From the NCBI GenBank assembly GCA_043228905.1, contig JBHGNT010000008.1:15252001-15316000 (forward strand): DNA of 64,000 nucleotides, read 5' to 3'. Below, piece by piece: positions 49,701-63,312 of the stretch. How positions within the stretch are numbered: position 1 is the first letter of the stretch; every line of letters starts with the position of its first letter. The DNA comes from Azolla caroliniana (lineage: Eukaryota; Plantae; Polypodiophyta). The notes under the pieces are model-generated. The model ran no database searches and had not been told where the DNA came from. It saw only the letters and a list, made by a program, of their open reading frames with translations. The position numbers were made by a program, and so were the translations under genes.

Positions 49701-51557
49701 CTTAATGGCCTGAAGCAAGCCCCCCGAGCATGGAATGCAAAGATTATGCACTGGTTGCGTAAGTTGGGGTTTGCAGCCTCCAAGTTCGACTCTTCGTTGT
49801 TCATCCGGCAAGGTCCGGACAGTCCGGTTTGCATCTTGCTGTATGTTGATGATCTAGTCATCACCGAACCCGGACTCGATGAAATCAGCCAACTCAAGTC
49901 CCAGTTGTCGGACGCATTTGAGATGAAGTACCTAGGGGACCTGCACTATCTCCTTGGGATCGAGGTGATCCGAACCCCTGACGGCATATTGCTCTCAGAA
50001 AGACACTATGTGTTGAATATGTTGTACAAGTTCAGGATGATAGAATGTCGCCCTATTTCTACACCCTTGGACCGGAAACAGAAACTTTGTCCCAACTCTG
50101 GATCGGCCTGCGATGAGAAACGGTTCCGACGAATTGTGAGAAGCCTTATATATTTGACCATCACCTGACCCCACATAAGATATCTGGTCAGTGTGATTAG
50201 TCAATTCATGCAGAAGCCGACCGTCGAGCATCTTCAGTGCACGCACTGAATACTACGGTTTGTGAGCGACACGAAGGACCGAGGACTGTTATACCGGCAC
50301 GGTATGACCGAAGAGCTAGTCGGCTACACAAATGCCGACTGGGCCGACGATGCATCAGATCGTCGTTCCACTTCCGGCTATATGTTTTCCCTTGGTAGCG
50401 CGGTTGTTGCGTGGAGTAGCAAAAAGCTGCCAACAATGGCTCTGTCGAGCACTGAGGCTAAATACCGGGGCACTACCGTTGCCACCTGTGAAGCCATTTG
50501 GCTTTGATGATTGTCGCAAGACCTGCGGATCGAGGTGCCGACCCCGATCCTGATCTGCCGCGACAACATAAGCAGCATGCCGCTCGCCAAGAACCCCGTA
50601 TTCCATGCTCGCACAAAGCACATCATAGTGCACTACCACTTCATGCGTGAGCGTGTCCTAGGCGGTGAAGTCTCACTTCAGTATGTTCATACGGATCGGC
50701 AAGTTGCCGACATCTTCACCAAACCGCTCGGATCGGACAAGTTGCAGCACTTCACCGGAATGCTTGGTGTGAAGCATCTCGACGTGCCACACTTGAGGGG
50801 GAGAATGTGCAAAGACACCACCGGAACAGGCAATGGCAAAGAGACTGACGATTGTGCCGGTGGGGGAAGAACCGACAAGGGGAGAGACAGGAAGAAGAAA
50901 GGATCTGAGTTGACAAAGGAAGTTGACACATCCGAACAAGTCGGAACAAGCGGTAGTAGAGGTAGAGTCAAGAAGGACAGAGCTGACCGGAAGATAAAGG
51001 CCAAGACCCGGACATGGTCCGATGTTGTGAATGGCCTGGAACCAAAAGAGGAATCGGAAGAAACCGATTCGAACAAGAGCTGGAACGAATCGGAGACAGA
51101 CGATTCGGTTCTACAGAAGGATTCGGAAGAACCGGATCAATTCAAGGCCAAGAGGATGAGAAGGCAGCAAAAGTTGATGCCAACACGAAGGGATCGGCGA
51201 ATCGGCAAAAGCCAAAGTCACAACAACGAGGGAGCTGAATTGGGCCTGTTGAGCGGACAAGCCGGCCAAGGAAATCGAGGTGCGCAGGAATAGATGGGTC
51301 GCGGCAACTGGGACCGGACCGGACAAGAAGCGTGAGCGAGACGGAGTGACGCCAAAAGGAGCCAGGTGGAAGAACTGACTGCCATAGAGACTGACACTAC
51401 GATCCAACCTCAAATTGAGCTTGAGGGGGAGTGTTGAGCAGCAAGCTCAACCGGATCTGGATCGGCTGAATAATCCTGAGTTGGATCGGCATCCAGAAGG
51501 TTGGGCCGATGAGCAACTGAGCCGGTGAGCTGGGGAGCCAGTTAGCTAGATCAAGCA
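46795..51557 (+). mobile_element. Copia copy C (same family as B); both LTRs truncated and the integrase core deleted at ~48432
   Basis: The LTR ends at 47046, followed by PBS tggtatcagagc (47047-47058). PPT at 51423-51431, then TGTTGAG. GCFI is joined directly to RAMMEEK. Confidence 0.93.
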
Positions 51558-54500
51558 TGAAAAGAATGGCGTGCGGAAGCAATATAGGAAACCGAACAAC
51601 AAAAAACACAAGTTTAATGGAAAGCTTAGGTTTGCACAGTACGCACGGGAGAGACAGAGAGAGAGAGAGTAAACACCAGAAAAAATCAATTCAAAAACTA
51701 ACACTTTGTGCATACATCTTGCTTAGTGAGCACCTTTTATACAAGCCTTGACAATGGGCTGACACAAGTACTAACAGTACTTGACTACTCATAAATGAGC
51801 CTCGACTCTTACTCCCAAGACTATTCCCTACGAGGAATATCTCTCTAACGGCCTTTCGGTTTACGCACCGATACGGCCTTCCTACGCACCGGTCTGTGTA
51901 CCGGTTTCCAACCAATCCGGCCTAACCGATCGGTCCTAACCGATCCGGTCATCGGCTTGCTCAGCCGATCCGGCCAATGTTGAGCTTGTCTCTCAACAGT
52001 CCCCCTCAAGCTCAACTTGAGGCTCTTTGGGATCTTCCTGATCACCACTCCGGTTCCTCCTGGCTCCACGCCTCGCTCGTGCTCCTTGGCCTGTTCGACT
52101 TTGCGCGCTTCGACCCTTTTGGTCGGCTTGTCTGCTCCCACGGCCCTTCACAACTCCCTTGTTGTTGTGGTGTTGGCGCTTCTCCTGCTGTCTTCCTTTC
52201 CGCTTGGCCCTCAGTTGATTCACTTTATCCGAATCAAACATCTGAACCGACTCGGCTACTTCCAATCGGTTTTCACTATGGTCCGAGTTGGCTATCTCCA
52301 ACTCGTCTTCAATCTTCTCGCCCTTGACGACGTCATCTCCCCCATGCTTGGTTGGCTTCGGCTCTTTCTTTGCGCTTCTCCCCTTATGTCCGCTTTTGGA
52401 TTCTTCCGCGGATCTGCCCTCGGCTTCTTCAGCCGATCCGATGTCGAATTCATCATCTGACTCGGTGTCGTGGCCTTTTCTGCTCCCTTCCTGCTCCCTT
52501 GCTCGGTCTCCCCCTCAAGTTTGGCACGTCGAGGTGACGCAACCCAAGTGCACCCGAGAATTGCCGCAACTTGTCCAGACCAAGGGGCTTGGTGAAGATG
52601 TCAGCAGTTTGCCGATCCGTCAGAACATAATGAAGTTCGACTTCACTAGAAAGGACACGCTCACGGACAAAATGGTAGTGCACCTCAATGTGCCGTGTCC
52701 GTGGAAAACGGGGTTCTTCGCGAGCTGGATGCTGCTGAGGTTGTCGCAGTACATCGTCGTCGAATCGGATACCTCCTCTTGTAGGTCCTTAAGTAGCTGT
52801 TTCAACCATATGGCTTCGCATGTTGCAACAACCGCTCCTCGGTACTCAGCTTTAGTGCTCGACAGTGCAACTGTCGCCTGCTTCTTACTGTTCCACGCTA
52901 TTGCGGCACTCCTAGGAGAGAACGCGTATCCTGACGTGGATCGGCGATCGGCAGCGTTGCCAACCCAATTAGCATCGGTGTAGCAGACCAACTACGAGGT
53001 TGTACCGGTCCGGTATAGCAGTCCCTGGTCCTTAGTACCGCTTACGTACCACAGTACGCGTTGCGCACATTGAAGGTGCTCCTCGGTAGGTCGCGCCATG
53101 AACTGACTGATCACCCCAACCAGATAACTGAGATCGGATCAGGTGATTGTCAAGTAGATAAGGCTTCTGACAATTTGTCAGAACCTCGTCGGGTCGCATA
53201 CCTTTCCGGAGTTGGGGTGAGGATTGACAGTTCTATCTAGAGGAGTCGAGACGGACTTATAGTCAGGCATCCCGAATTTGAAGACCATATTCAGCTCGTA
53301 ATGACGTTGGCGGATCAGTATGCCTTTGGGAGTGTGGATCACTTCGATCCTGAGGAAGTAATGAAGGTCCCCCAGATCCTTCATGTCGAATGATGCCGCA
53401 AGCTGGAGCTTCACATGGTCGATTTCAACTAGGTCGGCGCCGGTGATGACCAAGTCATCAACATATAGTAAAATACGGACCGGATCAAATCGACCTTTTC
53501 GGATGAACAAGGAAGAGTCTGATTTTGACGTTGCAAAGCCCATCTGACAGAGCTGCGTGATCTTCGCGTTCCAGGCACGCGGAGCTTGCTTCAGTCCGTA
53601 AATGGACTTCTTCAATCGGCACACTGTCGACGTGTTCGTTCCACAGTGAAATCCGGGGGGTTGTACCATCGCGGCGCGCCAATTCACGTCCTTAGCCGCT
53701 TCTGCGTAGCTCTCCGGCTCATGCACTTCCGCTACATGGGTCATGTACGCATAATGATGCGCCATGTACTTGTTGTATCCGAACCACACAATTGGGTTCT
53801 TCTCGCGGGTAAATCGGGTAATTGCTCATCAGCCGTTGTTGAGGCTTTCTCGGCCAACACAGTCTTGGGTCTCGAAGAACCCCTCGTCACTTCCCTCGGA
53901 GTCGAATTCGCGTTGATCCGACTCATTCCTATCCGTGCCGTATTCCGACACCTTCTTCCGTTTTTCTTTGCGTGTAAGCCGTCTCCTCGGCTTCTTGCGC
54001 GGGGAATGCACGGTCGAGTCTCCGCTACTCGCTGGCTCTTCATAAGACTAGTCGAACCGACTTAGTCGTCCATTCGGTCCACTTAACCGAAACGAAATCG
54101 GACTCTCTTTACGGGTCCAAATTTCAGGCTCATCCGGAGGCATCTCAGCCTCGCTGACCTCATTGTCAGAACTCGGATTGGAGGTGAGGTCCAGAGTCGG
54201 AGGCAAGTACCAGGACGCGGACTCGTCAAACACAACGTTGCGGCTCACGCGCGCTTGTTTGGTGCGCGGGATATAAAACTTATAACCCTTCTGCTCGTCC
54301 GAGTAACCGACCAAGATACATTTCTCGGCCTTTTCGTCCAACTTTCTCCGTTTCTCCTTCGGCACATGCACATACGCAATGCTACCGAAAACTTGTAAGT
54401 GTCGAAAGTTCGGCTTCATTCCAAAGTATAGCTCGTGCACCGACACTTTTTCTCCGATCCGATTCTGGATGTATACCGCGGTTCGTACCGCCTTGGACCA

Positions 54501-54777
54501 GTAGAACTTGGGCAAGCATTGCCCGTGCCTCTTCCACAATCGACCGATTTTTCCTATTGGCCACGCCGTTTTGCGCTAGCGTGTATCTACAACTGAATTC
54601 GCGCCGAATTCCTATCTGTTGTAGATAACCGTTGAATTGATCGGAAAAGTATTCTTTTCCGCCATCCGACCGTAGGCACCTGAGCTTTCTTCCTGTTTCC
54701 GTTTCCACGAACCCTTTGAGGTCCCGGAAACAGTCGAAGACTTCGCTCTTCCTCTCAATGAGGTAGATCCACATGTG
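51558..54777 (-). mobile_element. Copia copy D (related family): 3' half with 3' LTR ~51558-51998, interrupted by a Gypsy at 54778
   Basis: Integrase SDGGKEY, RT YVDD (with an internal deletion), RNase H, and a PPT next to tctcaaca at 51998. Confidence 0.9.
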
Positions 54778-55210
54778 TGTTAACTCTTCGGGCCGGACAA
54801 TGGCCTAACACAGGGTGTCTACGTGAGACACTTCACCAAAGGGTGTTACGGCAACCGGATTAGACTTCAACGCTTAATCCGACTTAGTTAAGTTACTTAT
54901 TAGGATCGTCTTCATAACACGCGTAAGATATAACAATTAAGACAGAACGGCAATTGACACAGAGATATAACAACGCTTAAGCTTTCATTAAGTAACCGCT
55001 AACTATTACAATGTATCTGGGCCTTTAAATAGGTTTCCGGTCTGTATTACAAAATGGTGCCATCCGCACCTGTTTGGGATCGGTCCGGATCCGGAATGGC
55101 ATACTGATTCCGGTCCGTCCGTCCACACTCATAGCTTAATTACAACCACATTCCTACTACTTAACTAGCTCTCCGTTTCCCACTCTGGACTCCTTTGCCG
55201 GCCGGTAACA
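54778..55210 (-). repeat. Gypsy LTR (3' LTR relative to the ORFs)
   Basis: Terminal TGTTA/TAACA. On the minus strand, TATA cctatttaaagg is followed by aatgaaag and a GT-rich tract. Confidence 0.85.
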
Positions 55211-55289
55211 CATGGCACGCCCGTGGGACAGTACCTTGTACGTCGAATCCACAACCGTCCCTTGCTATTCTTCATCTAAAATGTCCAAA

Positions 55290-58252
55290 ATGCTCAGTTC
55301 GAGAGGCTCTGATGGTTCATCTAGAAGTGGTTGTTGTTGTTGCTGTTGTTGCTGCTCTGTTGCTGTCTACTGCGGCGGGTCTGTTTGTGGTTGTTGCGGC
55401 TGCTCCTCCATTTGTGGCTCTGACACCGGCGTCTCCGTCGTTGCTCCCTGCGTCGTGGTGGTCTCCGGTTGACTGGTTCCCGGCTGGCCCTCAGCCGACG
55501 ACGGTTCCTCATCACTAAGGTTAACCGTTGTCGCTTCTTGTGCTTTTTCTTCCCGTACCCGGGACCGCTCGTAGCTTTCAAACTGGATTTGAGCGTCTAG
55601 CCTATCGTCGTCCAGCTGAGCTACGAGCTGCCTGACCTGCGCCAACTGTTTATCTACCAGGACTTGGAAGTCGTCGGCCAGCTCGTCCCGTATGGCGGTG
55701 AAGTCCTCGGAAGTCAGCATATAATAGTCATCTCCTTCCTTCTGCCGGTTTGGCACATCCGCCCGTAGCAACTGGAGTTCCGCCGCGTTTTGTGCCCACT
55801 TTGTCCACCATTTTACGGAGCTTTCATCAATCAAGTGCTTCGTCTGATTCAGCCATGCCCGGAGGATGGACTGAATCCGGCTCGTTCCCAATTGCGATTT
55901 GGTTTCCGCCGCTTGCCGTTCCTCCTTCAGTTGTTTGATGATTTTTACGTTGCCCTCCGCCTGCGCCTTGTAATGCGTCAGTTGCCTTTGGTATGTACTT
56001 TGTAATTTCTGCAATACTGTAGACGCTCTCTCTTTGTCTTCTTGCTGCTGCTTCTGGAGCTCCATCCGGACCTTCTCCGCCTCTTCCAAGAGTCTTGTAT
56101 TTTCCGCCCGTTCGTCGGCGATCGCCGTTGCGGCCCGATCAACTGCCTGCTGGAGCTCGGCCATCCGTTCTTGATGCTCTATTTCTAGCCGTTTGTAGTC
56201 CCGGTGCAGGTGCTCAAAATCATCCGTCTTTTGCTTGAGCCGTGCGTTGATCTAACGACGGGTCCGGTCCTCGCGGTCCTTCTGCTGGCGGAGCTCTTCC
56301 TTTAGCCGTTCTATCTTTGTTTCCGCAGTTTTCCGCAGCTTGTCCTTTTCCTGCAGCACTTTGCCTTTCTCCTCCTTTAGCCGGTCGTACGCTTCTCCGT
56401 AGCTCTCCTCTGCCCGGCGGAGGTTCTCAACAGTCTTCTTTAATTCGGCTTCGGCCGCCGTCTTCAATTCTCGTTCCCGGCTCCTTAGCGCTTCTTGTGC
56501 GGCAAGTTCCTCCTTCAATTCTGCAAGCTCCCGAGCTTGCGCTGCTTCTCTCGCCGGAACGGTTTCCGTTGCCGGGGTCTTATTCCTATGTACAGGTTGT
56601 TCCGTTTCATTATTCTATACACTTACCGGAGTCACCGGTGATTGGATCCGTATTTTAGCCATCTTTGTCGTGACCTGATCCAAATCTTTTTCAAGGCTCC
56701 GAATTCGGGACCGGGCCGTCTCTAGTTGTTTGGTTGTGACGAGCAACCGTTCGCTTTGCGCTCTTTCTTCCGCCTCTATATACCCCACTGCTCCGGCTAT
56801 CTGTTCGCCTATCCACCGGAGCCACAGGCTACCGGTGCCTTGTTGTGCTTGCACGGAGGTTTGATAGCTGGGCTCACTTGTAGAGGGGTGGTCCCACCTG
56901 GTTGCGCCGAGTTGCAGTTCCGTTTCTGCCCGTGGACCATCCTGCTGTCCTTGGTCCCCTTGCGCTTCTTCTTGGCTGCCCGAGGGAGGCTGTAGTGACC
57001 TTTCCGGCTCTGGCGGGATGGGACTTGCCGGTGTTGTCGGTGGTGCCGGGGCTTCTGTTTCCGGTGCCATCTGCACCGGTTCCGGTTCCTTCCTTGGCGT
57101 AGGAGTCTCAGTATGGGGAGCCGGTGTTCCCTCCGTCTGAGGGTCCGAACGTTTCCCGGCTGTCTCAACGGTCCTTGCCGACGACCGTCGCTGGAGGTGC
57201 TCCGTAGGCTCCTCCTCTATTTCCTCCTCCTGAGCTCCGGCATTGAGTTTTGCCGCCAAGGGTTCCACTTCTCGATTCACCGGTCGGCGAAGTGTGACCT
57301 TTACGGGCCGTGCCGGTGGTTCCTCCTGCGCCTCCGTTGGGCGCTTCCGGCTACCACTTCCTACTGCCGCCTGGTCTGCATCCGCCGCCTTTCCCTTACT
57401 GGCCTTAGAGGCCAACAGCTGTTGCCGTTTGGAGGCCGTCCTTGGGGTGCCGTTCGGCACTCTTCCTCGCTTCTTGGGCTGGACGGTCTGAACGGGTGGC
57501 ACGAGCAAGGGGAGCCACTGCGTTACGGCATGCCATATCCTTCGTCCGTCTCGTCCTTCTTTGCCGTCTTTGCCTCTAACGATCTCGATCGCCGCACACA
57601 ACCCGTCTGCGATCAATACCGGCCAATCCACCTTGATCCCTTCATAGGTGGCGATGATCATCCCTGCCCGGTTCTGCGGCATGACAGGGGGTCTAGGGTA
57701 TACGTGGCCGTATTCATGGAGCACCCGAGCGATTTCGCGGAACAGCATATCTCCGCCGCCCTGTGTCCGGTAGCCCTTGCTGGCTAGAGAGTACTCACCA
57801 AAATACCTGATGAGTTGCTCCGGGGTTGGATTGTCGATCGTGAGTATGCCTCCCTCCGGAAGGCCTGTTAACGCTCGAATCGCCTCTGCCGTTATGACCT
57901 CTGTATCGATTTCCTTGATCACTTTGTCGACTTCTTTGTGTGGCGGTACTTCCATCATCATCAGGGAGCCCTCGAGCCCGTGTTGCTTCAGCCATGTCTT
58001 GGCGGCTTCCGACAGCGTTTGCGGGTCCATTTCTGTGTCGGGGTCGGACTGCGGTGGCGAGGATGGATGGTGATGAGAGCGAGGTTGAGAAAGAGAGAGT
58101 TCAGGAGGCGGGGGTTCTCTGTGCGCAGGTTCTCTTCTGATAATCTTGCAGCGTTTCGGTGCTTCTGTGCTCCTGGGTTCGCGAAAATAGAGGGTCTCTA
58201 TGCGCAATGGTTTTTGTCTGTGCATTCTGGCGCCTTTTTCGAGTTTGTGCAT
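55290..58252 (-). pseudogene. Extra ORF downstream of pol: globular N-terminus, Pro-rich linker, long coiled coil; broken by frameshifts/stops
   Basis: Collinear ORFs 56615-58252, 56252-56518 and 55367-56164. Confidence 0.75.
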
Positions 58253-58400
58253 GTCGCGTACTTAAAATAGCATTATGTCCTGTGGTGGCGCTTTAAATGC
58301 CCACTACGCACCTTTTCGCTCCACGCTCTTTCATCCATTTATTCCTCGCTTTTGCATGATTGTTTTTTTTTTTCCTGTTATTATTATTATTACTGTGACA

Positions 58401-61400
58401 TCACATGTCCGTTGGTCCTCCCGGACCCTTACCGGCCACATTCTCTCCGGCTACCGGCTTGCCGTCACTGCCGTCTTCGTGGTTGCCGTCGGTCCTTTGC
58501 TCAAACGGGTTCTTAGGCATCGGTCCTCTATATGCCTTTAATCGGAATCCATTCACCCATTTGCCCAGCACTTCGCCGGTCAGTGTCCCCAACTGGTAGG
58601 ACCCATTATACTCCCGTGTTAGCCAATATGGTCCGGTCCATCTAAACCTTAGTTTACCCGGCATCTTGCCCATCCGGGTTTGGAATACTAGCACTGGTTT
58701 GCCAATTGCGAACATTTTTTCGTTACCTTTCCTGTGCCGGTCGACGAATGCTTTCCGTCGCCGTTGCTCTAATTCTAAATGTAGGATGCTGGCCAACCGT
58801 TGTTCCTCTAGCTCAAACAGCGTTGTCAACCTTATTGTCTCCGACTCCTTCTCATTCAGCCGTTCTCGTAGCTGAATCCGTAAGCTAGGTACTTGAAATT
58901 CTACCGGCATGACCGCCTCGAGTCCGAACGCCAACCGGAATGGTGTTGTTCGGATGCTCGTTTTGTATGCCGTCCGGTATGCCCAAAGCGCGCTATGTAG
59001 CTTTGTGTCCCAATCCGTCCGGTTCTCGTTGACGATCTTCCGAAGGATGTTCTGGAGCGTCTTGTTTGTTGATTCCGCTAATCCGTTCGCCTGTGGATAG
59101 TAAGGTGTGCTTCGTTTGTGGACCACGGCATAGAAGGTCGTTAGGCTTTCCACCACTTGTCCGAGAAAGTGCCCCCCTTGGTTACTTATCAATTCAATGG
59201 GGCATCTGTAACGGCACCAGATGTACTCATATAGAAACTTTGCCGTTGACACAACGGTGTTATCCCGTAAAGCTTTGGCCTCCACCCATTTCGTGCAGTA
59301 ATCCGTAGCAACGATAACGTACCGATTACCCGTTCTCATTGCCGGTGGCTTGAACGGTCCTACGAAGTCCAGCCCCCACTTTTGGAATGGCTCGAGTGGT
59401 TGTACCGGCTGGTGTGGCATACGAGCCTGCTCCGTTGGCTGGCCCATTCTCTAGGATAGGTCACATTCTTTTGCGTACCGTACCGCATCTCTTAATGTCG
59501 TTGGCCACCATAGGCCACTTTGCCATATTTTTCTGGCTGTCGCATCTCCGGCATAGTGACCTCCGGCAACTCTGCAGTGGGCTTCCCTCAGTATCAGTTC
59601 CTTTTCATCGTTGCGCACTGCCCGTCTCCATATGCCATCAGCTCCCTTGTGGTACAGTGTGTCTTGCAATAAGCAGAAATGTCGGCTTTGTACCGCCAGG
59701 CGTTTCCGTTCGTCCCAGTTCAACTCTTCCGGAGGCAGTCCTATGCCTAGAAACTAGTGCATATTTGTGAGCCACTTGTCTTCCTGGGCTATTGTCTCAT
59801 TTGTTGCCGTCTCCGTAGTGACTCGAAACAGCTCCGCATCCGGAAACTCATCCGGTACTCCGTCACCCGTCTCTCCGAACTCCAATCGGCTTAAGTAATC
59901 TGCTACGGCATGTTGTATACCGGGTCGGTGGAATATTTCAAACTCGAACTCCTGTAACAGTAAGGTCCACCGGGCCAATTTGCCGGTGAGTGACGCCTTG
60001 GACACCAGGTAAAGGAGTGTCGAATGATCTACATGGAAGGAAAACTTCCTTCCCAATAAATAGTGCCTAAACATTGTCACACTGTAGATCATTCCTAGAG
60101 CTTCCCGTTCCGTAGTAGAGTAGTTCCGTTCTGCTTGGGATAACTTCCGGCTGGCATAGTACACTGGCTGGTACCACTTTGGTTCCGTAAGCTGCATTAG
60201 TACGCTTCCGATTGCGATGTCGGAGGCATCCACGAACACGTGAAATTCTTTACTCCAATCCGGAGGTTGTACTACCGGTGCCTGCGATAATAGTACCTTG
60301 AGGGGCCTTATATGCCCTATCCTCAGTATCGGTCCACTGGAATGGTGTCCGATGTACGGCGGCATGCAACGGTGTAGCCAGGTCAGCCAAGTATCGGAGC
60401 ATCCGGCTGTGCCACCGGATCTGGCCTAAGAACCGGCTCAATGCCTTTGCCGTTGCCGGCGCCAGTGCTTCTAATATGGCTTTCACTTTGTCCGGGTCGA
60501 CTGCTATACCTTCCTGGCTTACGATATGTCCTAATAAAGTTCCACTGGACATGCCAAATACACACTTTGCCGGATTCAAGCTTAGCCGGTACGCTCTACA
60601 CTTTTCTAGACAAAGACGGAGGTGTTGAAAATGGTCCTCCTCCCGGCTATAGACGGCGAAATCGTCAAGGAAAACCTGCATAAAAGCCGGTATATATTCA
60701 CCAAAGATTTCCATGATGATTCTTTGAAACGTTGCCGGTGCCGTTTTGAGTCCGAACATCATTACCACGGCCACAAACACCCCCCATTCGGTGACGAATG
60801 TCGTTTTCTCTTGGTCGTCGGGGTGCATCCGGATCTGATTATATCCGCTGAATCCGTCTAGGAAGCTATAGACCTCATGGCCGGCGACGGGATCCAACAC
60901 TCCATCTGTGAACGGAAGTGGAAATGCATCTGTTACCGTAGCCGCATTGAGTTTCCGGTAGTCCACGCAAACCCGAATTTTTCCGTTCTTCTTCGGTACG
61001 ACTACGATCGGGCTCAGCCATGTCGCTTTCTTTACCGGACGGATAAAGCCAACTCTTAGCAGTTTGTCGATTTCTTCCTTGACCTTGGCAGCATAATTGG
61101 GATTCATTCGGTACCGTCTTTGTGCCACTGGTTTTGCGTCTTTGCTCAAGTGCACTTGATGCTGGTATAACTGAGGGTCGAGTCCTCGCATGTCTTCATA
61201 TGACCAGGCAAATACGTTGCGAAATTCCGTGAGAAGTGTTATCATCGCCGTTTTGTTTCCGGACTTCATCTCCTTGGCGATGTGCACCGGTTTTGCTTCG
61301 TCCGTGGTGCCTAAATTCACCTCTTCCAATTGCGATGCTTTTACGCGCTGTGAAACGGCCATTTCCCGTTCCAATGCTTCCTGTGCTTGCCGTAACTCCC

Positions 61401-62848
61401 GGATTGCGTCTTTATCCGGTTCTGCTTCCGCCTCTTCCGGTTGCGGTAAGTACGGTGCTACGGCTTCGGCAATGTCAATTTCGAAGAGGGGTATGATCTT
61501 CGGGTTTTCCTGCAGGTATTGAGCTTCTTCTTCGTCCGCTAACCCTTCGAGCATGTTGACGCATTCCGTGTACAACGGTGTACATTCCTTGCCAGTGCTT
61601 GTCCTTGGCTGTGTTGGTACCCGTACCTTGGCTTTTCCTCGCCGGAAGGTAATTATATTTTTTCGCCAATTCTGTTTGATATGTGTCGTTTTCAACCATG
61701 GCCGCCCCAGCAATAGTGGGTATGCGCCTTGTGCCTGTAATTGTAGCACTACGGCCGAGATGTGAAATGTGTTACGGGCATGACCATATAATATCCCGTG
61801 GTAAGAATTTACCGTAGTATTCTATACACGTGGATAAGTGTGAGGGTTAAATGAGAGTGTAAAGAAGGGGAGGATTACTTTTAATCCTTGGGATTGAGAC
61901 AACCCATTAGGTCAAGTGTGAACTTGCCTGGGGGCCTTGGGTTTCGCTATAAATAAGAGGCCTAGCTACCCTCATTTGATCATCTCTTGACTACATCGAG
62001 ACTCTGCTCGTGTGGTGGGTCAACTCTTGTAGCGAGCGCGCCAGCACCAGGTACGACTCGACGCCACGGCGGTGGTATGGGACGCCGATCGAGGCTCGAG
62101 TCCGTCTCGATCCCTTCGCTCGGGGGTGGTCGGGTGGATCGGCACCCTTCTTTCTCTTTCTCCTTTCTATCTTTCATTTCTTTATCCTTATCTTAAGCTT
62201 ACTTTAGTACCTAGATCTATAATAAAATGTATGCCCGCCGACGGTGACTTCTAATTTCTGTATTAATCCTGTCGGCCGCACTGAGCTTGTATCGGCCATC
62301 CGCAACCAGAACGGACACGGCTCCCACTCGTGGATTCCTAGGTCCTCACACGTCCGGAGGCTTATTACATTTACCCCAGAGCCTCCGTCTATAACTGTGC
62401 CGGGGAGTTCTTTCCCTTTTACAATGGCAGTGATTACCGGACTGCTGGTGTCTACCACTGTTGGTCCCTCCTCCGGATTCGAGAAGAGTACCGGTGCCGG
62501 TGATGGTTCTCCTGCCGTCATGGCCGTCTTCAGTCCTTCCGTGAATCTAGGCACGAGTTGTAGGAGTCTTCCTAGTGGTAACGTAATCTGGCATTCTTGC
62601 AACGCCTGCCATGTCTCGTTCTCGGAGTGACTACCGCCGGCAAGCCCTGCGGTGTTCTCCTTTTGCTGCTGTAAGTCTGTGACATTCTGCTCGTTCGCTT
62701 TCTTTACCCATTCCGTTGCTTGTTTGCGGATGGTCTCCTGTGTCTCCCATTCTTTGGCCATGCCCTTTGATCTTGTGGTCACCTGCTGCAGGTCTACCAC
62801 CTCAAGGACTACCATATTTACCACCGGTCGTTTTTCATAGCTCTTCAC
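58401..62848 (-). pseudogene. pol: Gypsy pol (PR, RT, RH, INT), split by a solo LTR
   Basis: ORFs 62204-62848, 60250-61749, 59754-60365, 59451-59723 and 58401-59447. Confidence 0.95.
61770..62224 (+). mobile_element. Solo LTR (455 bp) inserted in the protease
   Basis: Starts TGTTAC; TATA ctataaat at ~61947; 5-bp TSD AAATG at 61765-61769 and 62225-62229. Removal restores GGHTFHISAVVL. Confidence 0.92.
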
Positions 62849-63214
62849 TGGGCATTGGTTACTATAATGGCCTTCCTGTCTGCAGTAGTAGCAGTAGGCT
62901 TTCCGGGTATTGCTAGATTCGGCATTGTCTGTTGTACCCGGGGTAGGTCCTACGGTACGCGCGGGGTTTTGTACCGGTTGGCTACTTGGAGCGTCTTGTT
63001 CCGGATCCCGGGGGTAGTCGCCTTTTTTAAAATGCCGTTTTTTGTTAAAGTTGTTCTTATTACGGTACTCTTGATGGGGTTGCCCGTCATATCGGCCGTA
63101 TTCCTCCCGTTGCTGACGATACCCGAGGGAGTGCTCCCGGTCGTACTGTTCGTATCGTCTATTGTAATCCTGGTGCCGATCATGCCGGTCATAGTTATCT
63201 CGCCGATCACCGTA

Positions 63215-63312
63215 CCGGATATCATTTTACCGTCGCTCGCCGTATTGGACATCATTTTCCCGTCGCTCGCCATACTGGATATCATTTTCCCGTCGCTCGC
63301 CATACCGGACAT
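63215..63312 (-). repeat. 30-bp coding tandem repeat in gag (YGERRENDIQ-like, x3)
   Basis: atcattttcccgtcgctcgcc units. Confidence 0.9.

Noticed and set aside
55290-58252. Retroviral env gene
   Set aside because: No signal peptide or transmembrane segment is visible; the protein is hydrophilic and coiled-coil.
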